DNA of 64,000 nucleotides. Source: an uncultured Bacteroidota bacterium. GTDB taxonomy: Bacteria > Bacteroidota > Bacteroidia > Flavobacteriales > Flavobacteriaceae. A program made the translations under genes and the position numbers. Positions within the stretch are counted from its first letter, which is position 1. The number at the start of each line of letters is the position of its first letter. The stretch is taken from NCBI GenBank assembly GCA_902595825.1, contig CACJRP010000006.1, forward strand, positions 573 to 64,572. Direction: 5' to 3'. Shown here in pieces: positions 49,544 through 58,808 of this stretch. The notes under the pieces were generated by a model, which saw only the letters and a program-made list of their open reading frames with translations, was not told the DNA's origin and searched no databases.

Positions 49544-50103
49544 TGGATAGCTTTTATTTTAATTTATTGCTAGGATTTCAACATGTACTAGACCTTGACG
49601 GTTTAGATCACTTATTTTTTATTGTTGTATTAGTGATTAATCATACATTTAAAATGTGGAAGAAAACTTTTGTATGGGTTACTTTTTTTACACTTGGACA
49701 TACAATATCACTGTTTTTAGGGAATTATTATAAAATAGAAACATCCTCGTATATAATTGAACTTTTAATTCCAATTACAATTCTACTTACCGCAATTTCA
49801 AGTTTGAGAAATAAGGTAAACCAAAATTTTTTTTATCAAAATATAGTAACTTTCACTTACGGTATCATTCATGGATTTGGATTTGGTAAATATTTTGGAT
49901 TTATTTTTCAATCTAACAACTCTACAGAAACTTTATTACCTTTCGCTTTAGGAATCGAGTCTGCCCAAATATTGATTGTTCTTGCAGTCATCTCAATAAA
50001 TCAAATTTTTTCTAAAAAGAAAACATTATTTAAAATGTGGAGAGTTGTAATAATTTCAATTGTTATTTTAGCATCTGTACAAATGATTTTATCAAGATTT
50101 TGA
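49543..50103 (+). CDS. HupE/UreJ-family membrane protein
   Basis: ...GFQHVLDLDGLDHLFFIVVL... signature and 6 transmembrane helices. TAATG 1-nt overlap with the upstream gene. Confidence 0.7.
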   Translation: MDSFYFNLLLGFQHVLDLDGLDHLFFIVVLVINHTFKMWKKTFVWVTFFTLGHTISLFLGNYYKIETSSYIIELLIPITILLTAISSLRNKVNQNFFYQNIVTFTYGIIHGFGFGKYFGFIFQSNNSTETLLPFALGIESAQILIVLAVISINQIFSKKKTLFKMWRVVIISIVILASVQMILSRF

Positions 50104-50125
50104 ATTTAATATTATTTTAAACTAA

Positions 50126-50545
50126 TTGGATAAAACAAAAAAATATGATATTGCCTATTTAAAAATGGCAGAAACTTGGGGGAAACTTTCCTATTGTAAA
50201 AGAAGACAAGTTGGTGCCATAATAGTTAAAAATAGGATGATAATTTCTGATGGGTACAATGGAACACCAACGGGTTTTGAAAATGTTTGTGAGGATGAAG
50301 AGAACTATACAAAATGGTATGTTTTGCATGCCGAGGCAAACGCAATTTTAAAAGTTGCAAGTTCGACTCAGTCATGTGATGGAGCAACTCTTTACGTAAC
50401 TCTTTCACCATGTAGGGAATGTTCTAAATTGATCCATCAATCAGGAATATCCAGGGTGGTTTATTCTGAGGCTTACAAAGATTTATCTGGGGTTGAATTT
50501 TTAAAAAAAGCCGGTGTTATAGTAAATCAAATCTCTTTAAAGTAA
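50126..50545 (+). CDS. dCMP deaminase (cytidine/deoxycytidylate deaminase family)
   Basis: HAEANA and ...SPCRECSKLI... (H-A-E ... PCxxC) zinc-binding motifs. TTG start. Confidence 0.88.
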   Translation: MDKTKKYDIAYLKMAETWGKLSYCKRRQVGAIIVKNRMIISDGYNGTPTGFENVCEDEENYTKWYVLHAEANAILKVASSTQSCDGATLYVTLSPCRECSKLIHQSGISRVVYSEAYKDLSGVEFLKKAGVIVNQISLK

Positions 50546-50553
50546 TTAAATAA

Positions 50554-52089
50554 ATGAGAAATTATATATATCTGATAATTATTGCAGGTAGTGCATTTTT
50601 CTTAACTTATAATTTCAAAAATTTAGAGAACATTTTTTTTCAGTCTTCCAATAACCCTGAAAAGAAAATTGAAAACTTCTATTACTACTTAAAAAATTAT
50701 TATGTAGATAAAATAGATTTGGATAGTCTTTCTAGTGAAATTATAAAAGATGTTGTAAAAAAATTAGACCCTCATTCTTTTTATATTTCAAAAAACGAAT
50801 TACCTATTGTCAATGAAAGTATGAGGGGAAGTTTTGAGGGAATTGGAGTAAACTTTTTTTTTATAAATGACACCGTTTCTATAATAAGGGTTTTGAAAGC
50901 CAGTCCAGCTGAAAAATTTGGTTTAATTGCAGGGGATAGAATCTTAATGAGTGATAAGGATACCCTTTATGGTAAAAACCTGTCAAATCAAAAAATCTTA
51001 GATAAAATCAAAGGACCAAAGGATTCAAAAATTAATCTTGAAATCTTCAGGCCTAGTTCCGCAGAAAAATTTAAGGTAAATATAGAGAGAGGAAAAGTCG
51101 AAATCGGTTCAGTTTTTTTTTATGAATTAAAAGATGATATAGGATACATCAAAATAGACAGATTTATTAAAGATACGCATGTTGATTTTAAGTTGGCTAT
51201 TGAAAATTTTAATGATAAGGGGGTTAAAAAACTTATTTTGGACTTAAGAGACAACCCTGGTGGTTACCTGTTCTCCGCTGAGAAAATTTCGGATATATTC
51301 TTGGGAAAAGATCAAAAAATTGTGATTGTTAAATCAAGTAAAGGTGAAATAAAAGAAAAACTTGCTTCAGGGGAAGGAATATTTAAAGACGGGAATATTT
51401 GTATTTTAATAAATAAAAACTCTGCATCTGCAAGCGAGGTTTTAGCTGGTGCCCTGCAAGATAACGATAGAGCCTTTATAATTGGAGAAACTTCTTTTGG
51501 TAAAGGATTGGTTCAAAATCAATTCCCTCTAGGAAGTAAAGACGCAATTCGCCTTACTGTAGCGAAATATTATACACCCTCAGGTAGAAGTATTCAAAAA
51601 CCATTTGAGTCCTATAATGATAACATCGACTACTTGATGAAAGATTCAAAAAAGGAATACGATCAAGCTATTGACACTGTAATGTATTATAGCACTAGTG
51701 GTAAAAAATTATTTACTAGAGGGGGGATATTACCTGATAAAATTATGCCCATTACTGAAGCTAAAGCCGGAAATATTAGTTATGAAATAATTGGGATTCA
51801 GCTCAATCGTATGGTTTTTGAGGAAGTGGATAAAAACCGCAAATTTTATTCTCAACTAAAAAAAGAAGATGTCTTAAAAGATGAATTTATAGACAAATCA
51901 AAATGGATTGAACGTTTAAATGCATTCTCTATAAAAAACAAAATAGATTTGAAATCTAGTGATTATGAAACTTTGATTAATAGCATTAAATCTATTATAG
52001 TTTTTCAACTTTTTGACAGAAAAACACAGATTGAAATAAACAATACAAATGACCCATATATATTTGAGGCAATAAAAATTTTAAAATAG
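50554..52089 (+). CDS. S41 carboxy-terminal processing peptidase
   Basis: PDZ segment (...SPAEKFGLIAGDRIL...), ...LDLRDNPGGY..., ...NSASASEV... (catalytic Ser), ...GKGLVQ.... Confidence 0.88.
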   Translation: MRNYIYLIIIAGSAFFLTYNFKNLENIFFQSSNNPEKKIENFYYYLKNYYVDKIDLDSLSSEIIKDVVKKLDPHSFYISKNELPIVNESMRGSFEGIGVNFFFINDTVSIIRVLKASPAEKFGLIAGDRILMSDKDTLYGKNLSNQKILDKIKGPKDSKINLEIFRPSSAEKFKVNIERGKVEIGSVFFYELKDDIGYIKIDRFIKDTHVDFKLAIENFNDKGVKKLILDLRDNPGGYLFSAEKISDIFLGKDQKIVIVKSSKGEIKEKLASGEGIFKDGNICILINKNSASASEVLAGALQDNDRAFIIGETSFGKGLVQNQFPLGSKDAIRLTVAKYYTPSGRSIQKPFESYNDNIDYLMKDSKKEYDQAIDTVMYYSTSGKKLFTRGGILPDKIMPITEAKAGNISYEIIGIQLNRMVFEEVDKNRKFYSQLKKEDVLKDEFIDKSKWIERLNAFSIKNKIDLKSSDYETLINSIKSIIVFQLFDRKTQIEINNTNDPYIFEAIKILK

Positions 52090-52096
52090 TATTAGT

Positions 52097-52300
52097 TTAA
52101 TTCCCTTTTTTTTTAAGACGTTTTATTTTAAGTGATAAGAGAAGTATTAAAAGAAGTAAAAAAGAACATAGGGAAGAAAAAACTCCAATTACAGCAATTA
52201 AACTCTCGTTTACAAGAGGATTATCAAAGTCTACTAAAAAGGCATTGAAGATCAGCATGCCAATTGAAATTAAAATAAGTACCCAAATCAAATTTTTCAT
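52097..52300 (-). CDS. Small two-helix membrane protein
   Basis: MKNLIWVLILISIGMLIFNAF...IAVIGVFSSLCSFLLLLILLLSL followed by a basic tail KIKRLKKKGN. ATG at 52300 preferred over TTG at 52321. Confidence 0.4.
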   Translation of the reverse strand: MKNLIWVLILISIGMLIFNAFLVDFDNPLVNESLIAVIGVFSSLCSFLLLLILLLSLKIKRLKKKGN

Positions 52301-52352
52301 CTTACATTTAATATGTTCCAAATTTATCTAATTATTTTAATTTTATTTGAGT

Positions 52353-52931
52353 ATGATTAAAATTGATGATGTTATTGTTTCTGACGAAGTATTAGAAAAA
52401 AAATTTATTTGCGATATAAATAGTTGCAAGGGGCAATGTTGCGTAAAAGGGGACGCAGGTGCACCATTGGAAAAAGAGGATATAAAAAAATTAAAAAAGA
52501 ATTACAAACACATCAAACCATACATGACCAAAAAAGGTATTGATGAAGTTGAAAAAACGGGGCTTTATGTTAGAGGTTCAGACGGAGATTTAGAGACACC
52601 AATAATTAATGGTAAAGAATGCGCGTATGCTTTTTTTGACGAAAAAGGTACAGCATTGTGCTCAATTCAAAAATCATTTGAGGACAAAAAAATCAATTGG
52701 GAAAAACCAATTTCCTGTGCTTTATACCCTTTAAGAGTAAAAAAATATAATTCTTTTACAGCCATTAACTATCACAATTGGAGTATTTGCAAATCTGCTT
52801 GTAGTTTGGGAGAAAAAAATAAAATTTATGTGTTCCAATTTTTAAAAAATAGCATTATAAAAAAGTTTGGATCTGACTGGTATGAAAGACTAGAGAAGAT
52901 TTTTAAAAACAGAATTGATGATAAAAATTAA
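52353..52931 (+). CDS. DUF3109-family Cys-rich protein
   Basis: ...CDINSCKGQCCVKGDAGAPL... N-terminal Cys cluster typical of DUF3109. ATG at 52353. Confidence 0.65.
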   Translation: MIKIDDVIVSDEVLEKKFICDINSCKGQCCVKGDAGAPLEKEDIKKLKKNYKHIKPYMTKKGIDEVEKTGLYVRGSDGDLETPIINGKECAYAFFDEKGTALCSIQKSFEDKKINWEKPISCALYPLRVKKYNSFTAINYHNWSICKSACSLGEKNKIYVFQFLKNSIIKKFGSDWYERLEKIFKNRIDDKN

Positions 52932-53373
52932 AAGAACCTTTAAAGGATTTATGATTGAAATTTTCAACACCTAAAGGTTATTAAAAATAAGTTGTCGGAG
53001 GCTTAAAAATTTATAATTTTTGTTATTGGGATTTTTACAGTAACACGACTTATAGAATTAAATTCAAAATGCAACTAAAAAAACTCTATTTGACGATTTA
53101 CGTATTTTCCAACAAAAACGGGGTTTCACAAAGGATTAAATTTGTAAGACATTGGCTATTAAGCAATTAAAACAATCCTCAGAAAAGAGTTTTTTTTAAA
53201 AAAAACACCTTTTTGTTAAAAACTAGGCATCATTGTGGAAAAGTTGGTCTTTCAATTCTGATAAAATTTTCGAAATATTTGTTAGTACAAAAATTGTCGA
53301 TAATTCTTTAAGTAAAATTCTTTTCAATTTAATCAAAATTGAAGGGCTACTTTTTGGAGCTAATTTTAAAAAA

Positions 53374-54648
53374 ATGAAGATAGAACAAATAATCAAAAGA
53401 GACTTCACTACCAGAGTTTATGATTTAAACAAGATCACAGGTGCTATTGAAAAGGCAATGGGCGCTGTTGGGGTTGGTGATAAAAAGAATGCGGAGGATA
53501 TAGCTTTATTGGTAAATCAAAAACTACTTGAAAGAAAAAAAATAGAGCCTGAATACATACCGACTATTGAACAAGTTCAAGATACAGTTGAAACCAAACT
53601 TATGGAAAGTCAGTTTCCAGAAGTAGCAAAGGCGTATATTCTATATCGAAATAAAAGAAGTCAACAAAGACAAACCGACATCTTCGAAAAACGAATCAAC
53701 TTAAAACCATATGAGTATCCAAATTTGTATGAATATGTTCCAGCTATAAGACACTCTTATTGGATTCATTCCGAGTTCAACTTCACAAGTGACATTCAAG
53801 ATTTTAAATCAAGATTATCTCCAGTTGAAAAAAATGCCATCAAAAATACTATGCTAGCAATATCTCAAATAGAGGTTGCAGTAAAGTCTTTCTGGGGAGA
53901 TCTCTATCACAGGATTCCTAAGCCTGAGGTTGGATCTGTAGGATCAACTTTTGCTGAAAGTGAAGTTCGTCATGCAGATGCCTACTCCCATTTATTAGAA
54001 ATTTTGGGGCTTAATTCAGAGTTTAGTGAGCTTAAGAAGAAACCCGCAATAATGAAAAGAGTTCGTTATTTGGAAACTGCTCTTAGAAATTCCAAAAGTG
54101 ACGACAATAGAGAATATGCGGAAGCGATTCTTCTGTTTTCACTATTTATTGAACACGTTTCTTTGTTTTCGCAGTTCCTAATTATAATGGCATTCAACAA
54201 ACATAAAAATATGCTCAAAGGCATTTCAAATGTTGTAGAGGCAACTTCCAAAGAAGAACAAATCCACGGCGATTTTGGAATTGATTTAATCAAAATTCTT
54301 CAAAAGGAAAATCCTGATTGGTTTACCTCAGACTACAACAGAAATATACACGAGCTATGCAAACAAGCTTATGAAGCAGAAAAAGAGGTAGTAGATTGGA
54401 TTTTTGAAGACGGTGAACTTGACTTTTTGCCCAAGGCAGTAGTTAATGAGTTTTTAAAAAATAGATTTAATAATTCTTTAGAAAGCATTGGAATTGAAAA
54501 AGCTTTCGAAATAGACCAAGATTTGGTTTCCCAAACTGAGTGGTTCGATGATGAAATCATAGGAACCAAGCATGGAGACTTTTTTGTAAAGCGTTCTATA
54601 AATTATAGTAAAAGAACACAAAGTATAACGAGTGATGACCTATTCTAA
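53374..54648 (+). CDS. nrdB: Class I ribonucleotide reductase beta subunit with N-terminal ATP-cone
   Basis: ATP-cone-like N-terminus (IIKRDFTTRVYDLNKITGAIEKAM...AKAYILYRNKR), then a ferritin-like core with two ExxH metal motifs (AESEVRHADAY, SKEEQIHGDFG). ATG at 53374 chosen; the frame stays open upstream to 53233. Confidence 0.85.
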   Translation: MKIEQIIKRDFTTRVYDLNKITGAIEKAMGAVGVGDKKNAEDIALLVNQKLLERKKIEPEYIPTIEQVQDTVETKLMESQFPEVAKAYILYRNKRSQQRQTDIFEKRINLKPYEYPNLYEYVPAIRHSYWIHSEFNFTSDIQDFKSRLSPVEKNAIKNTMLAISQIEVAVKSFWGDLYHRIPKPEVGSVGSTFAESEVRHADAYSHLLEILGLNSEFSELKKKPAIMKRVRYLETALRNSKSDDNREYAEAILLFSLFIEHVSLFSQFLIIMAFNKHKNMLKGISNVVEATSKEEQIHGDFGIDLIKILQKENPDWFTSDYNRNIHELCKQAYEAEKEVVDWIFEDGELDFLPKAVVNEFLKNRFNNSLESIGIEKAFEIDQDLVSQTEWFDDEIIGTKHGDFFVKRSINYSKRTQSITSDDLF

Positions 54649-54651
54649 AAA

Positions 54652-56427
54652 ATGCAGAAAAAACTAAAAGCCAAGGAGGAACAAAAAAATTCATACCAAC
54701 ATTTAGTTCAAGCCAGAAAAGAGGCGAGGGAGTCTAATCTAACTTCAAAAAAATCATTTGAATGGTTGAACGATAATAGTAGGAAATTTTTAGCTGCTGG
54801 GTATTTAGGAGAAGGAATAAGCGCTGAGGAGCGTATAGCAAACATTGCTAAAAGAGCAGAGGAAATTTTAGAAATGCCCGGCTTTGCTGATAAGTTTTAC
54901 AATTACATGTCGGAAGGATTTTATTCACTAGCATCTCCAGTATGGTCAAACTTCGGTAAAGAACGCGGCTTACCAATCAGCTGCTTTGGTTCTCACATTG
55001 ATGATGACATTGGAAATATTTTGTACACTCAATCTGAGGTAGGAATGATGTCTAAATTAGGCGGAGGAACTTCAGGTTATTTTGGTAAAATCAGACACAG
55101 AGGTGCGGAGATTAAAAATAACGGAGAGGCCTCAGGAGCAGTCCACGTTATGAGACTATTTGAATCTATGGTTGATGTCGTAAGCCAAGGCTCGGTGAGG
55201 AGAGGTCGTTTCTCACCATACCTCCCAGTTGATCACCCCGATATTATGGAATTTTTGGAAATAGGCACAGAAGGAAACCCTATTCAAGAATTGACCCATG
55301 GCGTTACCGTCACCAATGACTGGATGCAAGAAATGATTGATGGTGATGTTGAAAAAAGGACTGTTTGGGCTAAAGTCATACAAAGTCGTGGAGAAATGGG
55401 ATATCCCTATATCTTTTTTACAGATAATGCAAACAATGGTGCTGCCGATGTTTACAAGGATAAAAAGCTGCCGATATATGCTAGCAACTTATGCACAGAA
55501 ATCATGTTACCCTCTGATCACAATTGGTCATTTGTCTGTGTTTTGTCAAGTATAAACCTTTTGCATTATGATAAATGGAAAAATACCGATGCGATTGAAA
55601 CAATGATTTATTTCTTAGATTCTCTAGTCACAGAGTTTATAGAAAAATTAGATAGGTATAAAAATTCTCCTAACAGAGATGACCAACAGACATTTCTATT
55701 CATGGAAAGAGCGTATAATTTTGCAAAAGAAAATAGAGCTCTTGGGATGGGGGTTTTAGGGTGGCACTCATTACTGCAATCTAAGATGCATGCTTTTGAT
55801 AGCCAAGAGGCGTATGATTTAAATAGTGAGATTTTCAGAACAATAAAAGAAAAGTCATACAAAGCTTCAGAATACTTGGCAACTAAGTTTGGAGAACCTA
55901 AACTACTAAAAGGTTACGGGAGAAGAAATACAACTTTAAATGCCATTGCACCAACTACATCATCCGCGTTTATCTTAGGTCAGGTCTCTCAAGGCATAGA
56001 GCCTGTATGGTCAAATATCTATGTTAAAGATATCGCAAAAATTAAAGTAACTGTTAAAAACCCGTTTTTAACAGAACTCCTAAAAGAGAAAGGGATGGAC
56101 ACTCCAGAGGTATGGAAAAGCATAAGGGACAGAGATGGTTCTGTCCAACACCTAGAGTTCTTATCTGAAAACGAAAAAGAGGTATTTAAGACATATTCGG
56201 AAATTGATCAGTTGGCTATAATTTATCAAGCCGCAAACAGGCAAAATCATTTAGATCAAGGCCAGTCTTTGAATATTATTATACATCCAGATACCAGCAC
56301 TAAAGAAATCAATAAGATTCACATCACAGCATGGAAACTTGGACTCAAATCTTTGTACTACCAGCACAGTATGAATGCTGCTCAAAAGTTCAAGCAAAAG
56401 AAAGATTGTGAAAGCTGTGAGGGTTAA
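54652..56427 (+). CDS. nrdA: Class I ribonucleotide reductase alpha subunit, short form without ATP-cone
   Basis: ...SNLCTEI... active-site motif, ...APTTSSAFI..., C-terminal CxxC (...DCESCEG). 591 aa with no ATP-cone-like N-terminus. Confidence 0.88.
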   Translation: MQKKLKAKEEQKNSYQHLVQARKEARESNLTSKKSFEWLNDNSRKFLAAGYLGEGISAEERIANIAKRAEEILEMPGFADKFYNYMSEGFYSLASPVWSNFGKERGLPISCFGSHIDDDIGNILYTQSEVGMMSKLGGGTSGYFGKIRHRGAEIKNNGEASGAVHVMRLFESMVDVVSQGSVRRGRFSPYLPVDHPDIMEFLEIGTEGNPIQELTHGVTVTNDWMQEMIDGDVEKRTVWAKVIQSRGEMGYPYIFFTDNANNGAADVYKDKKLPIYASNLCTEIMLPSDHNWSFVCVLSSINLLHYDKWKNTDAIETMIYFLDSLVTEFIEKLDRYKNSPNRDDQQTFLFMERAYNFAKENRALGMGVLGWHSLLQSKMHAFDSQEAYDLNSEIFRTIKEKSYKASEYLATKFGEPKLLKGYGRRNTTLNAIAPTTSSAFILGQVSQGIEPVWSNIYVKDIAKIKVTVKNPFLTELLKEKGMDTPEVWKSIRDRDGSVQHLEFLSENEKEVFKTYSEIDQLAIIYQAANRQNHLDQGQSLNIIIHPDTSTKEINKIHITAWKLGLKSLYYQHSMNAAQKFKQKKDCESCEG

Positions 56428-56532
56428 ATTTTATTAACCTCATCTTAATTAAAATTACATAGGGGTACCCTCAAGAATCTTATACAGAACCATGCTAATT
56501 ACCTATTGTTGTGGTTATAGATCCAGCTAAAT

Positions 56533-58806
56533 TTAAACTTCGTTGATTTGTTTGTATGTGTTGTAAAACTCCTCAACTATATTAAACTTAACCTTATTAA
56601 TTTCTTTTGTTTTTAGAAGAATATTGAAATACAATGTTGTGTTTTTGGGGCTTGTTTCAACATTTCTTGTAAGCTCAATTTGAGCATTAATTTTGTTTTG
56701 AATTTCTTTTTTAATCTTTTCTTTTTTACCCAAAACAACTTTGAATTCAGTAAACGAATTATTTTCAAAATTCTTCATGGACTCTTTGAAAATTGATTTA
56801 GTAAAACTGTGTATCTCATTTAAATCCCTAATCTGAGAAAGTTTCAACTTTTGGTGATCATTATTGATGTGTTTATGACTTTTAGATATTATATATTCTA
56901 AATCACTTGCAATATCATCGATGTAACTTAACAAAACAATATAAAAATTACTTGCTGACAAACTTGTTTCATCTAAATTTTTAACAAAATAAAATATATT
57001 CTCTCTTAATCCCTCTACTTCTCCCCCCAGGCGTTTGACATTTTTTTTACCTTTTTTAAGAATTGATAAATCCTGTTGAGAAAGCCCTTTTACAAGATTG
57101 CTGTAGATTAAATCAACTCTTTTAAAAAACTTAGTGATATTCCCTGAACTCTCCTCCATAATTCCCTTCATGGATTTACTTTCAGCCTTCAAAATTTTTT
57201 CAACGTCAACGTCATTTTCTTCACCTCTATGCTTCATGAAATTTCTGCCAATTATTAATAAAATAATAAAAAGAATTATTGCAATTGCCTCTATGCCTCC
57301 TATATAGGCGATTGAAACAATTATACCAGAAACAATAAATGCTATTAAAGCTGTTAAAAACCAACCAGTTATTACGTTTACAACACCAGAAACCCTGTAA
57401 ACAGCACTATCTTTCCTCCATGCGCCATCGGCCAAGGAGCTTCCCATTGCCACCATAAAAGTCACATATGTGGTAGAAAGAGGTAATTTATAAGATGTAG
57501 CTACCGAAATTAAAATTGATGCTACGGTCAAATTTACGGATGCTCTAAGCATATCAAATGAGGGTGCATTCGGATCATTGCTAATTTTAGATTTTAAATT
57601 TTTTCTAGAAAATTGAGTTTCAATTTTATTATTTATTTTTTTTGGAATTAGGTGTACCAGTGATGAGGATATTTTTTGAAAAAATTTTACAATCAGTTTG
57701 GACACCAACGAGGGTTCAAATCTCTCTTTCACGTACCCTTGGTTGGATAGATCAAGAGATGTTTTTAAAACCTTTCTAGCTTTAGATGAGAACCAAAGTG
57801 TCAATACCATTATTAATCCAGAAATTACCAGAAAACCGGTTGGAGTTGGCACCTTTGAAGCCATGGATTCCATGCTAAATTGTGATGCTGGGATTCCAGA
57901 CGATATCCACGCCTCATATGACTGATATGCCGCAATAGGGACGCCTATAAAATTTACCAGGTCGTTCCCTGCGAAGGCTAGGGCTAAGGCGAAGGTTCCA
58001 ATCCCAATAATTACTTTGTAAATGTTGGTTTTAAAAAACCTCATCATAAAAAATGACAATGAATACCAAAAAATAAAATTTATTGTAATCACGCTAAATG
58101 TCTTTTCTTCAATAAAGTCTTTAATACTTAGACTACCCATTATATAAAAAGTTTCCTCTGCCCAGGGCGTGCCTTTTATACCTTTCATTAGTATAAAATA
58201 GGTGATAGATGACAATGCAACTGCGGAAAAAAGGGAGTTGATGTTTATTGATTTTTTTTCAAAATCATAAGTGAGGATTAAACGTGATACCCATTGTACA
58301 ATAGCTCCGATTGTGAGAGCAAAAACAATTGATAGGATAATACCTAAAATAATTTGGATTGCTTTTGATGTATTTATGAAGATTACAAGATCTGAGATTT
58401 GACCTGTTGTTGATAAAATTTTAATCAAGGACATGAAAACAGCTGCTCCAAGAAGTTCAAATACAATTGAAACCGTAGTCGAGGTTGGAAGGCCAAGAGA
58501 ATTAAAAAAATCTAACAAAAGAATGTCTGTTAACATCACGGCAGTAAATATTAATATGATTTCGTCAAAATTAAATTCACTTGGATTGAAAATTCCTTTT
58601 CTAGCTACTTCCATTAAACCGCTGGAAAATAGTGCGCCTAGTGCAACTCCCAAACCGGCTAGTATCATAATGGTTCTCAAGGATATAGCTTTTGAACCAA
58701 CAGCAGAATTCAAAAAATTAACTGCATCATTACTCACACCTACAATTAAGTCGCCAATTGCAAGGATGCCAAGAACAATCACTAAAATCAAATACAGGTT
58801 TTCCAT
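56533..58806 (-). CDS. PiT-family inorganic phosphate transporter with long cytoplasmic C-terminal helical domain (paralog 1)
   Basis: PHO4 signature GDLIVGVSNDAVNFLNSAVGSKA and a second half ...FAGNDLVNFIGVPIAA.... About 230-aa hydrophilic C-terminal extension. Confidence 0.8.
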   Translation of the reverse strand: MENLYLILVIVLGILAIGDLIVGVSNDAVNFLNSAVGSKAISLRTIMILAGLGVALGALFSSGLMEVARKGIFNPSEFNFDEIILIFTAVMLTDILLLDFFNSLGLPTSTTVSIVFELLGAAVFMSLIKILSTTGQISDLVIFINTSKAIQIILGIILSIVFALTIGAIVQWVSRLILTYDFEKKSININSLFSAVALSSITYFILMKGIKGTPWAEETFYIMGSLSIKDFIEEKTFSVITINFIFWYSLSFFMMRFFKTNIYKVIIGIGTFALALAFAGNDLVNFIGVPIAAYQSYEAWISSGIPASQFSMESMASKVPTPTGFLVISGLIMVLTLWFSSKARKVLKTSLDLSNQGYVKERFEPSLVSKLIVKFFQKISSSLVHLIPKKINNKIETQFSRKNLKSKISNDPNAPSFDMLRASVNLTVASILISVATSYKLPLSTTYVTFMVAMGSSLADGAWRKDSAVYRVSGVVNVITGWFLTALIAFIVSGIIVSIAYIGGIEAIAIILFIILLIIGRNFMKHRGEENDVDVEKILKAESKSMKGIMEESSGNITKFFKRVDLIYSNLVKGLSQQDLSILKKGKKNVKRLGGEVEGLRENIFYFVKNLDETSLSASNFYIVLLSYIDDIASDLEYIISKSHKHINNDHQKLKLSQIRDLNEIHSFTKSIFKESMKNFENNSFTEFKVVLGKKEKIKKEIQNKINAQIELTRNVETSPKNTTLYFNILLKTKEINKVKFNIVEEFYNTYKQINEV

Positions 58807-58808
58807 TT

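Noticed and set aside
52932-53373. Looked for a cobalamin riboswitch or NrdR boxes upstream of nrdB.
   Set aside because: No B12-box-like GC-rich core and no convincing 16-bp palindromes are visible. This would need a covariance-model scan to settle.
53223-53408. 61-aa minus-strand ORF across the nrdB start, and the in-frame upstream extension of nrdB (53233-53373).
   Set aside because: The extension has no ATG and no similarity to RNR or ATP-cone sequence. The ATP-cone begins right after the ATG at 53374. The antisense ORF is hydrophobic and low-complexity, with no support.
56419-56441. Imperfect hairpin GAGGGTTAA-N6-TTAACCTC overlapping the nrdA stop, and a GGGTACCC palindrome at about 56464-56471, considered as the nrdA terminator.
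   Set aside because: The stem is short and bulged with no clear U-tract. It is plausible but not supportable as a confident terminator call.
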